The position numbers and the translations under genes were made by a program. From Candidatus Poribacteria bacterium (GTDB lineage: Bacteria > Poribacteria > WGA-4E > JAJDTR01), in NCBI GenBank assembly GCA_965222225.1, contig CBDCTK010000002.1:5248001-5312000 (forward strand): a stretch of 64,000 nt of DNA. The letters run 5' to 3'. Each line of letters begins with the position of its first letter. Within the stretch, counting starts at the first letter, position 1. A model generated the notes under the pieces. The model was not told the origin of the DNA. It saw nothing but the letters and a program-made list of their open reading frames with translations, and made no database searches. Below, one piece after another: positions 20,568-30,668 of this stretch.

Positions 20568-23500
20568 TTGTCCTCAATGATACGAATCGGTCTTAGACTA
20601 TCCTGAAAGAAAAGGTTGACCCGAACTGGATGTTCTTTATGGTACAGGCGCTCATATAGAGCGCGGAATGCAAACATTTTATCTCCGTGAATCTCTTTCA
20701 CTTCCGACAACTGCTCCGCCATCAGATGTTTGAATAAATCTCTGTTACCGCCCTGGAGCACATCGGGCATGTAGAACTCATAAAACAGCCCGTTGATTAT
20801 ACGCTCGAAATATTTGAGCATCAGGAAATCGCGAGCATGGGCTAAATCCTTGCCGCTCGTTGTCGGTTGGTTTTGAAGATAGATGAGGTACTCGACAATC
20901 TTGCGAACCAAGTTTTTCTGCTCTGCATTGAGGTCGGGAACGGGAATCTGCTTTATAAAGCCGCCGCGCGCTTGAAGTTCGCCCGGGCCTGACTGGTCAG
21001 AAACTTGGTAATAGAACCACTCCACGGTGCGCGTATTGAGTAAACCGCACAACCACGTTTGCTCCGTGGGGATGATGTAGCAAGTAGAGCCGCAAAAATA
21101 TCCATCGGCCTCAACCGCAAAGGTTTGGGTGTTATAAAGGTTCGGACAGACCAGCTTCGGTACCGCATAGCGCTCAATCTCCTCGACGGATGCTTGGAGC
21201 TCGTACCATCCCCCTTTGCCTTTTCTCTTGCTAAGAGAATCTCGGTGTTTTTCTAGGTGTCTTCGAATGGCTGGATAGGCGTTTATCTCTATACCACGGT
21301 AGGCAAAGATTAACCACTGCTCCGGTGGTTCCACTTGCCAGCGTCTTATGTCCCGCCCATGCAGGATTGGCTTCAGAATATCTTCGGACGAAGGGTGTTC
21401 TGCAATCAGTTTATCTCGCGTTTTGCCGTCTACTACAAACACATCAGTCGGTGCTGTTTTGATTCCGAAAAAGGGCTGCGTCTTGATATATTCTCCCAAC
21501 GGCGTACCAGTATCGCGAAGTCTCTTCTCCAAATTCAACATTTCTGGAGAATCATCCAGAGAACGAGAAGACTTTTCATCGACGGTTATGGCTTTTTCTT
21601 TCATGGGATAACGGTTCCTAAAACCTTGGCGAACCAACATCGCGATATCTTCCGGCAACTTAACCTGATTTGCCCGCTCAAAGGCGGCAATGTTTTTGTA
21701 ATCGTTGCGAAACGCCGCGCCAATATCCACACCTTTCTTCTTGGCAGTGATCAGATTTGCTTTGGCTTTGTCCCATTCTTTCAGGTGCAACCAAACTTCA
21801 GCGCGATTGTAATAGGCGTTAGCATAATCTCGTTTTATCGCGACATCATACTCTTCAATTGCGCGATTGTACTCACCGTTTTTGTAATAAGCAACTCCCC
21901 GATTGTTGTAGGCTACAGCAAGCGCCGGGTTGAGTTCAATGACTTTGCTATAGTCCTTGATGGATCGGTCAAATTCGCGTTGTTGATAATAAGCAATAGC
22001 ACGATTGTGATAGGCGAGGAAGCAATTAGGTTTCAGTTCTATTGCCTTATTATAGTCCTTGATGGCCCGATCAATTTCGCCCTTGTTGCGATACGCAGCA
22101 CCGCGGTTGTTATATGGTGCGGGATTCCAAGGTTCCAGTTCTATTGCCCTAGTACAGTCGATGATAGCGCGATCGTTCTCGCCTTTACTACGGTAAGCAC
22201 CTCCACGATTGCTGTAGGCCGCGGCATAGTTCTGTTTGCGCGCTATTGCTTTGCTAAAATCCTCAATAGCCCGGTCATGTTCACCTTTGTTACTGTTGAG
22301 CGTCCCACGATTGTTATAAGGCTCGGGATCGTCAGGATTGAGTTTTATCGCTGTGTTGTAATCTTTGACAGCTAGGCCAATCTTCCCTTGTTCATCGTAA
22401 GCAATGCCTCGGCTGTTATATGCGTTCGCATAATTGGGATTGAGTTGTATTGCTTTGTTAAAGTCTTTGATTGCCCGATCAACTTCATCCTTTTCGTGGT
22501 AAGCAATGCCGCGGTTGTTATAGGGATCAGCACAATAGGGATTGAGTTTAATCGCCACGTTAAATTCGTCAATTGCGCGATTGATTTCACCATGGTCACG
22601 GTAAGCAACCCCTCGATTATTATAGGCATTGGCATAATCCGGTTTGAGTTTGATAGCCATGTTAAAGTCTTTAATAGCTCGGCCATAATTACCTTTATCG
22701 TAGTAAACTGCACCACGATTATTGTATGGTTCGGCAAGGCCTGGGTTTAATTGTATTGCTGTATTAAAGTCTTTGATGGCTTGGTCTACCTCGCCCTTAT
22801 CGCGGTAAGCATTACCCCGATTGTTATAAGCTATGAAAGAGTCGGAATTTCGATCTATCGCTTTGGTGAAGTCTTTTATGGCCCTTTTGATGTCGTGCTT
22901 ATTGCTGTAAACCATTCCGCGATTATTATAGGCCATGGCAAAATCGGGTTCGTGTTTAATTGCAGTGTTAAAGTCTTTTATGGCCCGGTCATAATTACCT
23001 CTATCACAGTATGCATTGCCGCGATTATAGTAGGCGTTGGCATCGTCGGCCCTAAGTTCTATCGCGGCATTAAAATCCTTGATAGCAAGGTCATACTCGC
23101 CCAGTTTGTGATAGGCAATCCCTCGGTTGTTGTAGGGCTTGTCCTCATTGGGATTACGTCGTATCGCGTGATTAAAGTCCTTGATAGCAAGTTCAACCTC
23201 GTCTTTATCGACGTAAACAGTGCCGCGATTGTTATAGGCGGCGGCATCACCAGGATTGAGTTGTATCGCTTGATTGAAGTCCTTGATGGCAAAGCCATAC
23301 TCACCTTTGCTGTTATACGCAACCCCGCGGTTGTTGTATGCGTCGGTATCACGGGGGTTGAGTTCAACCGCCAGTGAGTAAGCTTCTATAGCCCCGTCTA
23401 TTTGCCCAAGCCTCAGAAGAAAATCACCTTGTTGGAACGCCGATTCAGCGCGTAACTCTCGTTCAGACATCCTAGGTGCCGAATCCTCCTGAACTAGCAT

Positions 23501-24004
23501 TTTGCGAACCGCTTTCCGGGTACCCTCCACCACATTTTGCCAGCCTTTGCTCCTAGGATTCCATTCGTTGAGAGGTTTGCCTTCGGCAGGGAGAACTTGG
23601 ATGTCACCGAGTATCTGGGGTTCCCATCTGTTAGGGTGCAAGCCCTCGGCGGACGGAGCCTTAGTACTTCTCAATTGATGATTCTCCCAGTCGCACGCCT
23701 CAAGGATAATCGGAATAACCCGTGTGTCTGTTTTTAACGCCTCTGCCAACTCCTTGTTGCAATTATTAGAGGCAAGACTTGCAGCCGAGACTAAGTATAG
23801 GAGAATATCCGAATTGGCTAGGTTATCGGCAATGTCTCTATACCACTCATCGCCCGGGAGAATTTCGTTGTCGTCCCAAAGTTCTATCTCGCCTCTGTTT
23901 TCCATCACGGCAAGGCGAGTTCTCAATTCCTTCCTTTCTTCTTTATCGTTATGTGAATAAGTAATGAATGCTTTTGGTCCTGCGCCCATTCTCATGTTCT
24001 CCAC
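20561..24004 (-). CDS. TIR domain + 17 TPR repeats + TaqI_C/Eco57I-type restriction-modification specificity domain
   Basis: AFITYSHND..LWDDNEILPGDEW..SLASNNCNKEL..VIPIILEAC (TIR_2, Glu retained); 17 AYNNRG-type 34-aa repeats (~23449-21722); GTPLGEY..GIKT..LHGRDIRRW..YPAI..HL..WYELQ..PKL..GLLN..IKQIPVP (type IIG TRD, ~21508-20561). Confidence 0.88.
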   Translation of the reverse strand: MENMRMGAGPKAFITYSHNDKEERKELRTRLAVMENRGEIELWDDNEILPGDEWYRDIADNLANSDILLYLVSAASLASNNCNKELAEALKTDTRVIPIILEACDWENHQLRSTKAPSAEGLHPNRWEPQILGDIQVLPAEGKPLNEWNPRSKGWQNVVEGTRKAVRKMLVQEDSAPRMSERELRAESAFQQGDFLLRLGQIDGAIEAYSLAVELNPRDTDAYNNRGVAYNSKGEYGFAIKDFNQAIQLNPGDAAAYNNRGTVYVDKDEVELAIKDFNHAIRRNPNEDKPYNNRGIAYHKLGEYDLAIKDFNAAIELRADDANAYYNRGNAYCDRGNYDRAIKDFNTAIKHEPDFAMAYNNRGMVYSNKHDIKRAIKDFTKAIDRNSDSFIAYNNRGNAYRDKGEVDQAIKDFNTAIQLNPGLAEPYNNRGAVYYDKGNYGRAIKDFNMAIKLKPDYANAYNNRGVAYRDHGEINRAIDEFNVAIKLNPYCADPYNNRGIAYHEKDEVDRAIKDFNKAIQLNPNYANAYNSRGIAYDEQGKIGLAVKDYNTAIKLNPDDPEPYNNRGTLNSNKGEHDRAIEDFSKAIARKQNYAAAYSNRGGAYRSKGENDRAIIDCTRAIELEPWNPAPYNNRGAAYRNKGEIDRAIKDYNKAIELKPNCFLAYHNRAIAYYQQREFDRSIKDYSKVIELNPALAVAYNNRGVAYYKNGEYNRAIEEYDVAIKRDYANAYYNRAEVWLHLKEWDKAKANLITAKKKGVDIGAAFRNDYKNIAAFERANQVKLPEDIAMLVRQGFRNRYPMKEKAITVDEKSSRSLDDSPEMLNLEKRLRDTGTPLGEYIKTQPFFGIKTAPTDVFVVDGKTRDKLIAEHPSSEDILKPILHGRDIRRWQVEPPEQWLIFAYRGIEINAYPAIRRHLEKHRDSLSKRKGKGGWYELQASVEEIERYAVPKLVCPNLYNTQTFAVEADGYFCGSTCYIIPTEQTWLCGLLNTRTVEWFYYQVSDQSGPGELQARGGFIKQIPVPDLNAEQKNLVRKIVEYLIYLQNQPTTSGKDLAHARDFLMLKYFERIINGLFYEFYMPDVLQGGNRDLFKHLMAEQLSEVKEIHGDKMFAFRALYERLYHKEHPVRVNLFFQDSLRPIRIIEDKW

Positions 24005-24121
24005 AATAGCGAATTATTAGAAGTTCGTCCGAATCGCAAGTTACCAGAGATTGCAGAATTTCACGGATTAAGTTCAACCAACGTTAGGACTCGCTTTTAA
24101 TCCGCGTAATCAGTTTAATCC

Positions 24122-24252
24122 GATCAACTGACTGAATAACGAGGGATCAAGCGACTGAACAAGGAGCGCGATAGAGATCCCATAGTAAATCCCGTAGTGA
24201 CCGATCAACTGAGTGGTCAACGAAGGCGATAGCAGATCCCGATAGAAATCCC
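24122..24252 (+). repeat. Nested micro-element cluster (copies at 24122, 24145, 24203)
   Basis: gatcaactgactgaataacgagg[gatcaagcg...gagatcc]catagtaaatccc and gatcaactgagtggtcaacgaaggcgatagcagatccc-gatagaaatccc. Confidence 0.85.
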
Positions 24253-24337
24253 ATTCAGACAAGCGATAGTACATCGCCCCCTAAAATCGCAAGAACTTCA
24301 GTGTTTGACGTGCTCCATCAGTCATTGAATGATCCGC

Positions 24338-25033
24338 TTAGGATGATTTCTCATGCTCATACCAATCTCGCGGATAATACCCAATCACCAAGCGCCCATG
24401 ATCAAGATCATACATCGGCCAGTTGCTATCCGAAACCCCAAACACAATCTCATACTTCACGTCGGGGTGGATAATGGCACGCTCGAACACCCTCACCGCA
24501 TCGCCGTGACCGAGATGGTGCGGGTGTTCGGGCTTTGGCCTGTTGGCTCTGAAGTTGCCGATCCGCACCCCCACGAATCCGATGTCATACTGGCTCGAAT
24601 ACGAATATCCCATAGCCTCTCCGAACACTTTGCTCACCGTGTAATGACCAACCGGGCAAGGCGTCATATCAACCGTACGGCGTACCTTCGTGTAAGACGG
24701 TCCGAGCACACCTGCGCGGCTCGCATAAGCAATGCGGCGCACGCCATTCCGAACGGATGCTTCAAACATGTTGTAAGTTCCGATGAGATTGCTCTGAAGT
24801 ACGCCTTCCCAGCCATGGTCGATGCCGGTTAGATGGATGACCGCATCCATACCTTGGGTCGCTCGGAGCATCGTGTCAAAGTCGGCGACATCGCCGATGA
24901 TTGTGTCTTCAAGATCGGGCATCGGTTGGCGGTCTAAACCGCGAATGGCGTACCTATCCTTCATTCCCTTCACGAGTACCGAGCCAATCGCCCCCGCCGC
25001 GCCGGTGATTAAAACTTTAATCTTCTCTTCCAT
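24338..25033 (-). CDS. NAD-dependent epimerase/dehydratase (uronate dehydrogenase-like)
   Basis: ITGAAGAIG, YTVSK, RIG, FGVSD. Confidence 0.88.
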   Translation of the reverse strand: MEEKIKVLITGAAGAIGSVLVKGMKDRYAIRGLDRQPMPDLEDTIIGDVADFDTMLRATQGMDAVIHLTGIDHGWEGVLQSNLIGTYNMFEASVRNGVRRIAYASRAGVLGPSYTKVRRTVDMTPCPVGHYTVSKVFGEAMGYSYSSQYDIGFVGVRIGNFRANRPKPEHPHHLGHGDAVRVFERAIIHPDVKYEIVFGVSDSNWPMYDLDHGRLVIGYYPRDWYEHEKSS

Positions 25034-25154
25034 TACTACCTCTTGGATTGTACGACTTCAGATTTGGAATATCTCACTAGTTAAACGTGGCAATTCCAAG
25101 TCGCTCTGAATCCTGACTAATCCGGAACTAGGATTTGCTTTTGCACCGCCCCTA

Positions 25155-26306
25155 TTAGCTCCTACCTATGCGTCGGTCCTCTGCCTCTAGCCATTCGTTG
25201 TAGGGTCTGGGCATCTTCTCTGGAGCGGGCAAGCCGTTTTCCCGCCGCCAACGCAGCAGCGGGTGTTCTCGGTGTTGCTGCGGTAAGTCTACGCGATTGC
25301 CATACGCCGCGGATTCGAAAATGCCCATCATAATTTCAATATTGTGCTGTCCCTCCGCACCGCTGCATTCGTGATCGCGATTTTCGTCTAAGGCGCTAAC
25401 GTGCTCTTCGACAAACCAGTAATCGTCGATGGAGGCGGGGCTGGATCGGTCATAGTGTTCCGGATAGAGTGGCGCCAACGCTTCCCAGCCATCCGGTTCA
25501 AACGACTGTGTCAACCGCCACGCGCCTCCTTGAATGAGAAGCCCGGTTTTCCCCAGCAATCGTCCTTCAGTCCCGACAATCTCCATCATGGTGGAAGTCG
25601 TTGACGGGAGACGGTGCTGCAAAAGGTTCGCTGTAACGTTATTGTCAAAGTGAAGCGTCGCCGTGATGCGTTCTCCGGCAATCGTTCCCATTCCGTGCGG
25701 TGACGAAATAACGTCCTCAGGTGTAATGAGATGGTTGTTTGTTAATGCCGTGGCGGAAACGGTGCGGCAATGACCCGCGAACTTGAGCATATCATTGAGT
25801 TGGTGTGTCCCGATATTCATCAATCCGTAACCGCCGTAGTAGACCTTGCCGCGGCTGTTGATATAGCACAATTCGCCAATGCGGCCCTCTGTAAACGCCT
25901 TGTACGTTGCCCGCATATAAGCGCCAACGCGGCCCTGATGATGAACGGCTATGCGAACTCCCTTTTCCTTCGCTTTTGCCACCACCGCATCGGCTTGCTC
26001 AAGGTCAACACACATCGGCTTTTCAACATCGACATGGACGCCGTGTTCCAGCACGCGCATGCAGAGATCGTAGTGAAACTCGGTTCCCGTCGGTATGGCC
26101 ACGATATCGGGTGCGGTCTGGCGAATCATCTCATCCAAGTCGGTAAAGCGCGCGGTTACCCCCAATTCGTCACCGAGTGTGTCTAGTCGATCTCGGATTA
26201 GGTCGCACAGCGCTACGACTTCGGTGTGCGGGTGGGCATGATACGCGCGCGCAGCCGCGGTGCCGCGTCCACGACAGCCCAAAATCGCAATTCGATACGT
26301 TTTCAT
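25155..26306 (-). CDS. Gfo/Idh/MocA family oxidoreductase
   Basis: ILGCRGRG, HVDVEKPM; overlaps the upstream aldolase stop. Confidence 0.9.
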   Translation of the reverse strand: MKTYRIAILGCRGRGTAAARAYHAHPHTEVVALCDLIRDRLDTLGDELGVTARFTDLDEMIRQTAPDIVAIPTGTEFHYDLCMRVLEHGVHVDVEKPMCVDLEQADAVVAKAKEKGVRIAVHHQGRVGAYMRATYKAFTEGRIGELCYINSRGKVYYGGYGLMNIGTHQLNDMLKFAGHCRTVSATALTNNHLITPEDVISSPHGMGTIAGERITATLHFDNNVTANLLQHRLPSTTSTMMEIVGTEGRLLGKTGLLIQGGAWRLTQSFEPDGWEALAPLYPEHYDRSSPASIDDYWFVEEHVSALDENRDHECSGAEGQHNIEIMMGIFESAAYGNRVDLPQQHREHPLLRWRRENGLPAPEKMPRPYNEWLEAEDRRIGRS

Positions 26307-27091
26307 ACGGTTTCACCCAATGCTTTATCGAACTCTTGGATGCTGTTCTTCAAGACATTCGTTAACTCGAAATCGCCGCGATACGCCAATAACTGTGCTC
26401 CCAGTTCGCGAAGTTCCGTTATCTGCTCCGGTGTGCCGGCGGGCATGCCCCAAACGATGTTATGCCTGCGAGCGACTTCAGCGACCCGACAAATCGCCGT
26501 GTCAAGTGTTATCCCAGCGTTGGGTTCAACCCGATCAAGGCGTAGAGCGAGATCGCCGGGGCCCACAAAAAGCGCGTCGATTCCCGGCACGGATGCAATC
26601 TCGTCCGCGTTCTCAAGTGCTTCGAGTGTCTCAATCTGGACGACGACGAAGGTCTCACGATTAATGTCATCGGAATAGGCGCTGTTCGGACGAAAAACGT
26701 CAAGACCAAAGTCCGCATCCAGACCTGACCCGTCCAACCCGCGATTGCCCAACGGAGGAAATTTCACGGCATTCACAACACGCCGAGCGGTTGCCGCATC
26801 CGAAATAAGGGGCATCATCACAGCCGTCGTGCCATCCTCAAGATAGCGATAGAGGCGGGAATGTTCCTGTGTGGGAGGTCGCACCATACAGTCGATATCA
26901 TTGTAATGACACAGCGCCAACAAACTTTGAACCTCGCGGTCGGACATCGTCCGATGCTCCAGATCCAGCCAGATAAGGCCGTGACCGACATGTGCCGCAT
27001 GACGCACATAAAACGGGATGTAGTGCCCCAGACCGCATACACGAGCACACCTGCCCTCCCGGAATTTCTTCAACGTCTTGCTTTCTCTCAT
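26303..27091 (-). CDS. HpcH/HpaI aldolase family protein
   Basis: WLDLEH, KFPPLGNRG, VVQIET, LFVGPGDL. Confidence 0.9.
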   Translation of the reverse strand: MRESKTLKKFREGRCARVCGLGHYIPFYVRHAAHVGHGLIWLDLEHRTMSDREVQSLLALCHYNDIDCMVRPPTQEHSRLYRYLEDGTTAVMMPLISDAATARRVVNAVKFPPLGNRGLDGSGLDADFGLDVFRPNSAYSDDINRETFVVVQIETLEALENADEIASVPGIDALFVGPGDLALRLDRVEPNAGITLDTAICRVAEVARRHNIVWGMPAGTPEQITELRELGAQLLAYRGDFELTNVLKNSIQEFDKALGETV

Positions 27092-27129
27092 GTTTTGTTC
27101 CTATTTCATGAAACCTTCAGAGCCTATTC

Positions 27130-27210
27130 GAAACCGAGTTTTTTCTTCAAAACTCGGTTTCTTCCTTACGCAATGTTGTAGAGTGGGCACTGCCCACCAG
27201 TCTTTGAAAG
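27130..27210 (+). repeat. 13-bp-arm palindrome (27130-27161) followed by an intact GTAG REP (27178-27198) with ccagtctttg tail
   Basis: gaaaccgagtttt-N6-aaaactcggtttc; gtagagtgggcactgcccacc. Confidence 0.7.
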
Positions 27211-27293
27211 CCCTTGGTGAAAATGCTCAATGCAGCTATTCTGCAACCCAAATGACCAAAACAGACTCTACCACCCATCATCCAAACAGGCGC

Positions 27294-28280
27294 CTAATTA
27301 TCATCCATAACTGCCTGAATCATCGCCTTGATGTAACCGAACTCGTAAGCAAACGCTTGACGATTACTCTCCGGATCCTTATGCCCCGGGGCGTGATCGG
27401 GCACAACCATGTGTTCGTAGCCAACCTCTTTGAGCGCCTGCATGTTACGGTGCATATTCATCGCCCCTTCATCGGGCCACACTTCCTGAAATTTGTTGCG
27501 CCCGCCAACAATGTTCCGAAAATGGCACACAAATATCTTCTTGCGGCTGCCCAAGTAACGAATAATCTCGGGAACCTCAGTTCTGGGGTCTTCCACACTC
27601 TCCGCCATGCAGCCTAGGCACAGGTTGACGCCGTGATAGGGACTTGGGTAAATCTCTATAAAACGCTTGAAACCGTTGGCGCCGCCAAGTACCCGGTCCA
27701 CACCACGGTGACCGGGCGGTAGCCACGGATCACAAGGATGACAAGCCAACCTGACTTTGCACTCCGTTGCCACCGGAATCACCCGTTCAAGGAAATATGT
27801 GATGCGTTCCCAATTCATCTCGGCGGTGACAGGTGTCTCGAATCTCGGTTCACGGTCTTTGGCTTTTTCCAAATCCCACGTGCTATAAATGGACCCGCCG
27901 CGTCCGGGAGGTTCGCTTTCGGTACGTTGGTGTTCCATTTCGCAAAGCAGATATTTGACTGCGGGGATCCCTGCCTCCGCCGCTTGTCGAATCATGTCAC
28001 AGACGAGATCGATCTCCTTGTCCCCTTCCTCGTAATTCCCGAGCATAAAGTTGGGTATCTCACCCCCATTCACATTGAGCAGCGAGGTAGGCAGCCTGAC
28101 CATCTCCATGTCAATCCCGAATTGGGCGCACTTCTCCTTTTTCTCCACCAGCTCCGCGACATCCCAGCCGTAAGCGCGATGGAAGGTGATGAAGTTCTCA
28201 TTCTTGTTGAACACGCCGTGTCTCGCCAAGTATTCCAAATCCATGTCCGATGTGTTGAACTGCTGTGTGCCGACGTGCAT
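27294..28280 (-). CDS. Mannonate dehydratase (UxuA) family protein
   Basis: WERITYFLERVIPVA, LACHPCDP, HFRN, FQEVWPDEG, PDHAP, GYIKAM; SD AGGAG before MHVG. Confidence 0.88.
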   Translation of the reverse strand: MHVGTQQFNTSDMDLEYLARHGVFNKNENFITFHRAYGWDVAELVEKKEKCAQFGIDMEMVRLPTSLLNVNGGEIPNFMLGNYEEGDKEIDLVCDMIRQAAEAGIPAVKYLLCEMEHQRTESEPPGRGGSIYSTWDLEKAKDREPRFETPVTAEMNWERITYFLERVIPVATECKVRLACHPCDPWLPPGHRGVDRVLGGANGFKRFIEIYPSPYHGVNLCLGCMAESVEDPRTEVPEIIRYLGSRKKIFVCHFRNIVGGRNKFQEVWPDEGAMNMHRNMQALKEVGYEHMVVPDHAPGHKDPESNRQAFAYEFGYIKAMIQAVMDDN

Positions 28281-28885
28281 CCGTCTCCTCCTACGCCTTC
28301 TTCGGGTCAAGCATCAAATAATCCGTCAGTGCAAACCAAATAGGAGCTGTGCAATCGCTCCTACACGAGCGTCTTCCTCGCTCGGGACGAACGTTCCCAA
28401 TCCGCATTATTCGATGTTGAATGTTACCAAAAGTCTGCGCTCAATCAACGAATCACTATAGCACTCTTCAAAATATTGGTCAAGCGAAATCATCGGCTGT
28501 GAGAAGGCAATTCCACAGGTGAAAGGTCTTGTAGGAGCGATCTCCCGGTCGCGATTCCTTGTAGAATCCACAACCATCAAATCCCCGATTTCCCATCCTC
28601 TCTTTTCGTTGCGTGTCCTGTCTAAAGCGAAGTGCGGGGGTGGGCACTCCCCACCATTCAAACCCATTGGTAATTTACCGGTTACTGGGTGAAGAGGACG
28701 AACCGTGGCAAATCAATGGATTTCTGATGCGTTGCCCCGCGTGCATTTTGAGTTTAAGTTTCAAACCAGTTATGCTATGATTATCACCGCGTACACGGGG
28801 CATGATAGCCGCCGCGAAAACGCCCCCAATAACCGCACAATTCCTAAAAATTGACCATGCCCCGCACCGCATCGGAGGCCCTCAC

Positions 28886-30613
28886 TTGCCATCTCCAGAA
28901 ATAAGCTTCGATCCGATCCAGTTTGAAGTCATACGTAACGCACTCCTTGAGGCAACTGAAGAAATGACAGTTGCCTTGCGGCGCAGCGCCTATTCGACCA
29001 ATATTAAAACCCGCGCAGACTTTTCTTGTGCCTTCTTTGACCGCCAGTTGCAAGCCGTTGCGCAAGCCTTCGCTCAACCTTCCCATCTTGGCTCGCTATC
29101 CGAATTTGTACCGAGAGTGGTCCGGGAATACGGCGACGCCATCCTCGGTCCCGGCGACGCCATCCTCTCTAACCACCCTTACTTGGGTGGTGTCCATCTC
29201 AACGACATCACCCTTATCTCGCCCGTATATCACCAAGATGAGCTCTTCGGCTACGTCGCTAGCCTCGCGCATCATGTTGATGTGGGTGGCGGTGCGCCTG
29301 CCAGCATCGGCGCCTTTCGCGAAGTCTTTCAGGAAGGCATCATCATTCCACCTGTGAAACTGGTACATCGCGGAGAGATTGTCGATGATGTCTTTAGGCT
29401 TGTGCTGGAACAGATTCGTTCAAAACGTGAAACTGCGGGCGATTTCCGAGCGCAGATCGCGGCGAACAACACCGGTATACGCCGGATTGTTGCTCTCCTG
29501 GACCAAAAAGGGGCAGAAACTATTGCTTTTTACATCAACGAACTCCTTGATTACACCGAACGACGCACGCGTGCCGAGATCGCCACGCTTCCTCAAGGCA
29601 GTTTCTCTGCCGACGGATATGTTGACAACGACGGGTTTACCGATGAACCGGTATACCTCGCGGGAAAAATGGTAGTTGATGCCGACGGCGTTCTTTTTGA
29701 CTTAACCGGTTGCGACGCGCAACGGCGCGCACCCGTGAATTCGACCTACGCCCAGACCTTCTCAGCGTGCGCGTATGTACTGAAAGCCCTCATAGATCCC
29801 GACATCCCGGTCAATGCGGGGTTCTACCGCTTGGTGCGCATGAATGCGCCCCTCGGCACAGTCGTCAATTGCGCACCGCCAGCCCCGGTGGTCGGGGGAT
29901 GGGAGACGCAAATGCGGGTTAGCGATATACTTCTCAAGGCGCTGGCGCAAGTTCTCCCGGAGCGCGTTCCTGCCGGCACCAAAGCCATGATGGCTCAACT
30001 CGGATTTGGAGGAACCGATCCCCGGTCGGGTGAACTTTACGCCTATTACGAAACGATGGCGGGCGGATACGGCGGTCGTGCGACTAGCGACGGCCCCGAT
30101 GCTGTGCAGGCTCACAGTCAAAATACGGAGAATGCCCCGGTTGAGGAAACCGAAATCAATTATCCGGTACGCATCCTTCGCTATGAACTGGTCGAGAATT
30201 CGGAAGGCGCCGGTGAATATCGCGGTGGACTCGGCTTGCGCCGTGATTACTTCTTTGACCATGAGGTTTCGTATACCATTCTGGCAGATCGAGATCGGTG
30301 GGGGCCGTGGGGGCTGTTCGGCGGAGAGGCTGGAAAAGTGGCAAGCTACGTGTTGAATCCCGATGCGGAGGCGACCAAGCTCGGCTCCAAAGTGACGGTT
30401 CATCTCAAGCCGGGAGATGTCGTGAGTTACCGCACATGCGGCGGCGGTGGTTACAATCCACCGACAGCACGTCATCCGCAATCGGTATTGCGTGATGTAA
30501 GAGATGGAAAAGTAAGCTTGGAGAGAGCGAGAGATGTCTATCGAGTCGCCATCAACACAGACACGTGGAGCGTTGACACTGAAGAGACCACTAAGCTACG
30601 CTCAAATAAATGA
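28886..30613 (+). CDS. Hydantoinase B/5-oxoprolinase family protein
   Basis: DPIQFEVIRNAL, RRSAYSTNIK..DFSCA, HLNDIT, HHVDVGG, GAGEYRGG, TCGGGGY; TTG start after GGAGG. Confidence 0.93.
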   Translation: MPSPEISFDPIQFEVIRNALLEATEEMTVALRRSAYSTNIKTRADFSCAFFDRQLQAVAQAFAQPSHLGSLSEFVPRVVREYGDAILGPGDAILSNHPYLGGVHLNDITLISPVYHQDELFGYVASLAHHVDVGGGAPASIGAFREVFQEGIIIPPVKLVHRGEIVDDVFRLVLEQIRSKRETAGDFRAQIAANNTGIRRIVALLDQKGAETIAFYINELLDYTERRTRAEIATLPQGSFSADGYVDNDGFTDEPVYLAGKMVVDADGVLFDLTGCDAQRRAPVNSTYAQTFSACAYVLKALIDPDIPVNAGFYRLVRMNAPLGTVVNCAPPAPVVGGWETQMRVSDILLKALAQVLPERVPAGTKAMMAQLGFGGTDPRSGELYAYYETMAGGYGGRATSDGPDAVQAHSQNTENAPVEETEINYPVRILRYELVENSEGAGEYRGGLGLRRDYFFDHEVSYTILADRDRWGPWGLFGGEAGKVASYVLNPDAEATKLGSKVTVHLKPGDVVSYRTCGGGGYNPPTARHPQSVLRDVRDGKVSLERARDVYRVAINTDTWSVDTEETTKLRSNK

Positions 30614-30668
30614 CGTGGAACGCACGCAAAGTAGCAGAAACGCCGATTCTCTGCGGTGATTTCATGTT

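Noticed and set aside
21335-23377. Long plus-strand ORFs (21335-22375, 22751-23377 and others)
   Set aside because: They are antisense shadows of the periodic TPR coding sequence with no independent protein features.
21722-23449. Diversity-generating retroelement template/variable repeats in the TPR array
   Set aside because: The repeats are ordinary 102-bp coding units diverged at all base types, and there is no reverse transcriptase in the window.
20561-24004. Canonical Thoeris, or a complete type IIG restriction-modification enzyme
   Set aside because: There is no ThsA (SIR2/Macro/SLOG) partner, and no methyltransferase or endonuclease motifs in the protein.
28281-28310. Poly-arginine N-terminus (MTRRRRRRRR) on mannonate dehydratase
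   Set aside because: This is an artefact of an upstream TTG; the purine-rich stretch is the SD region for the ATG at 28280.
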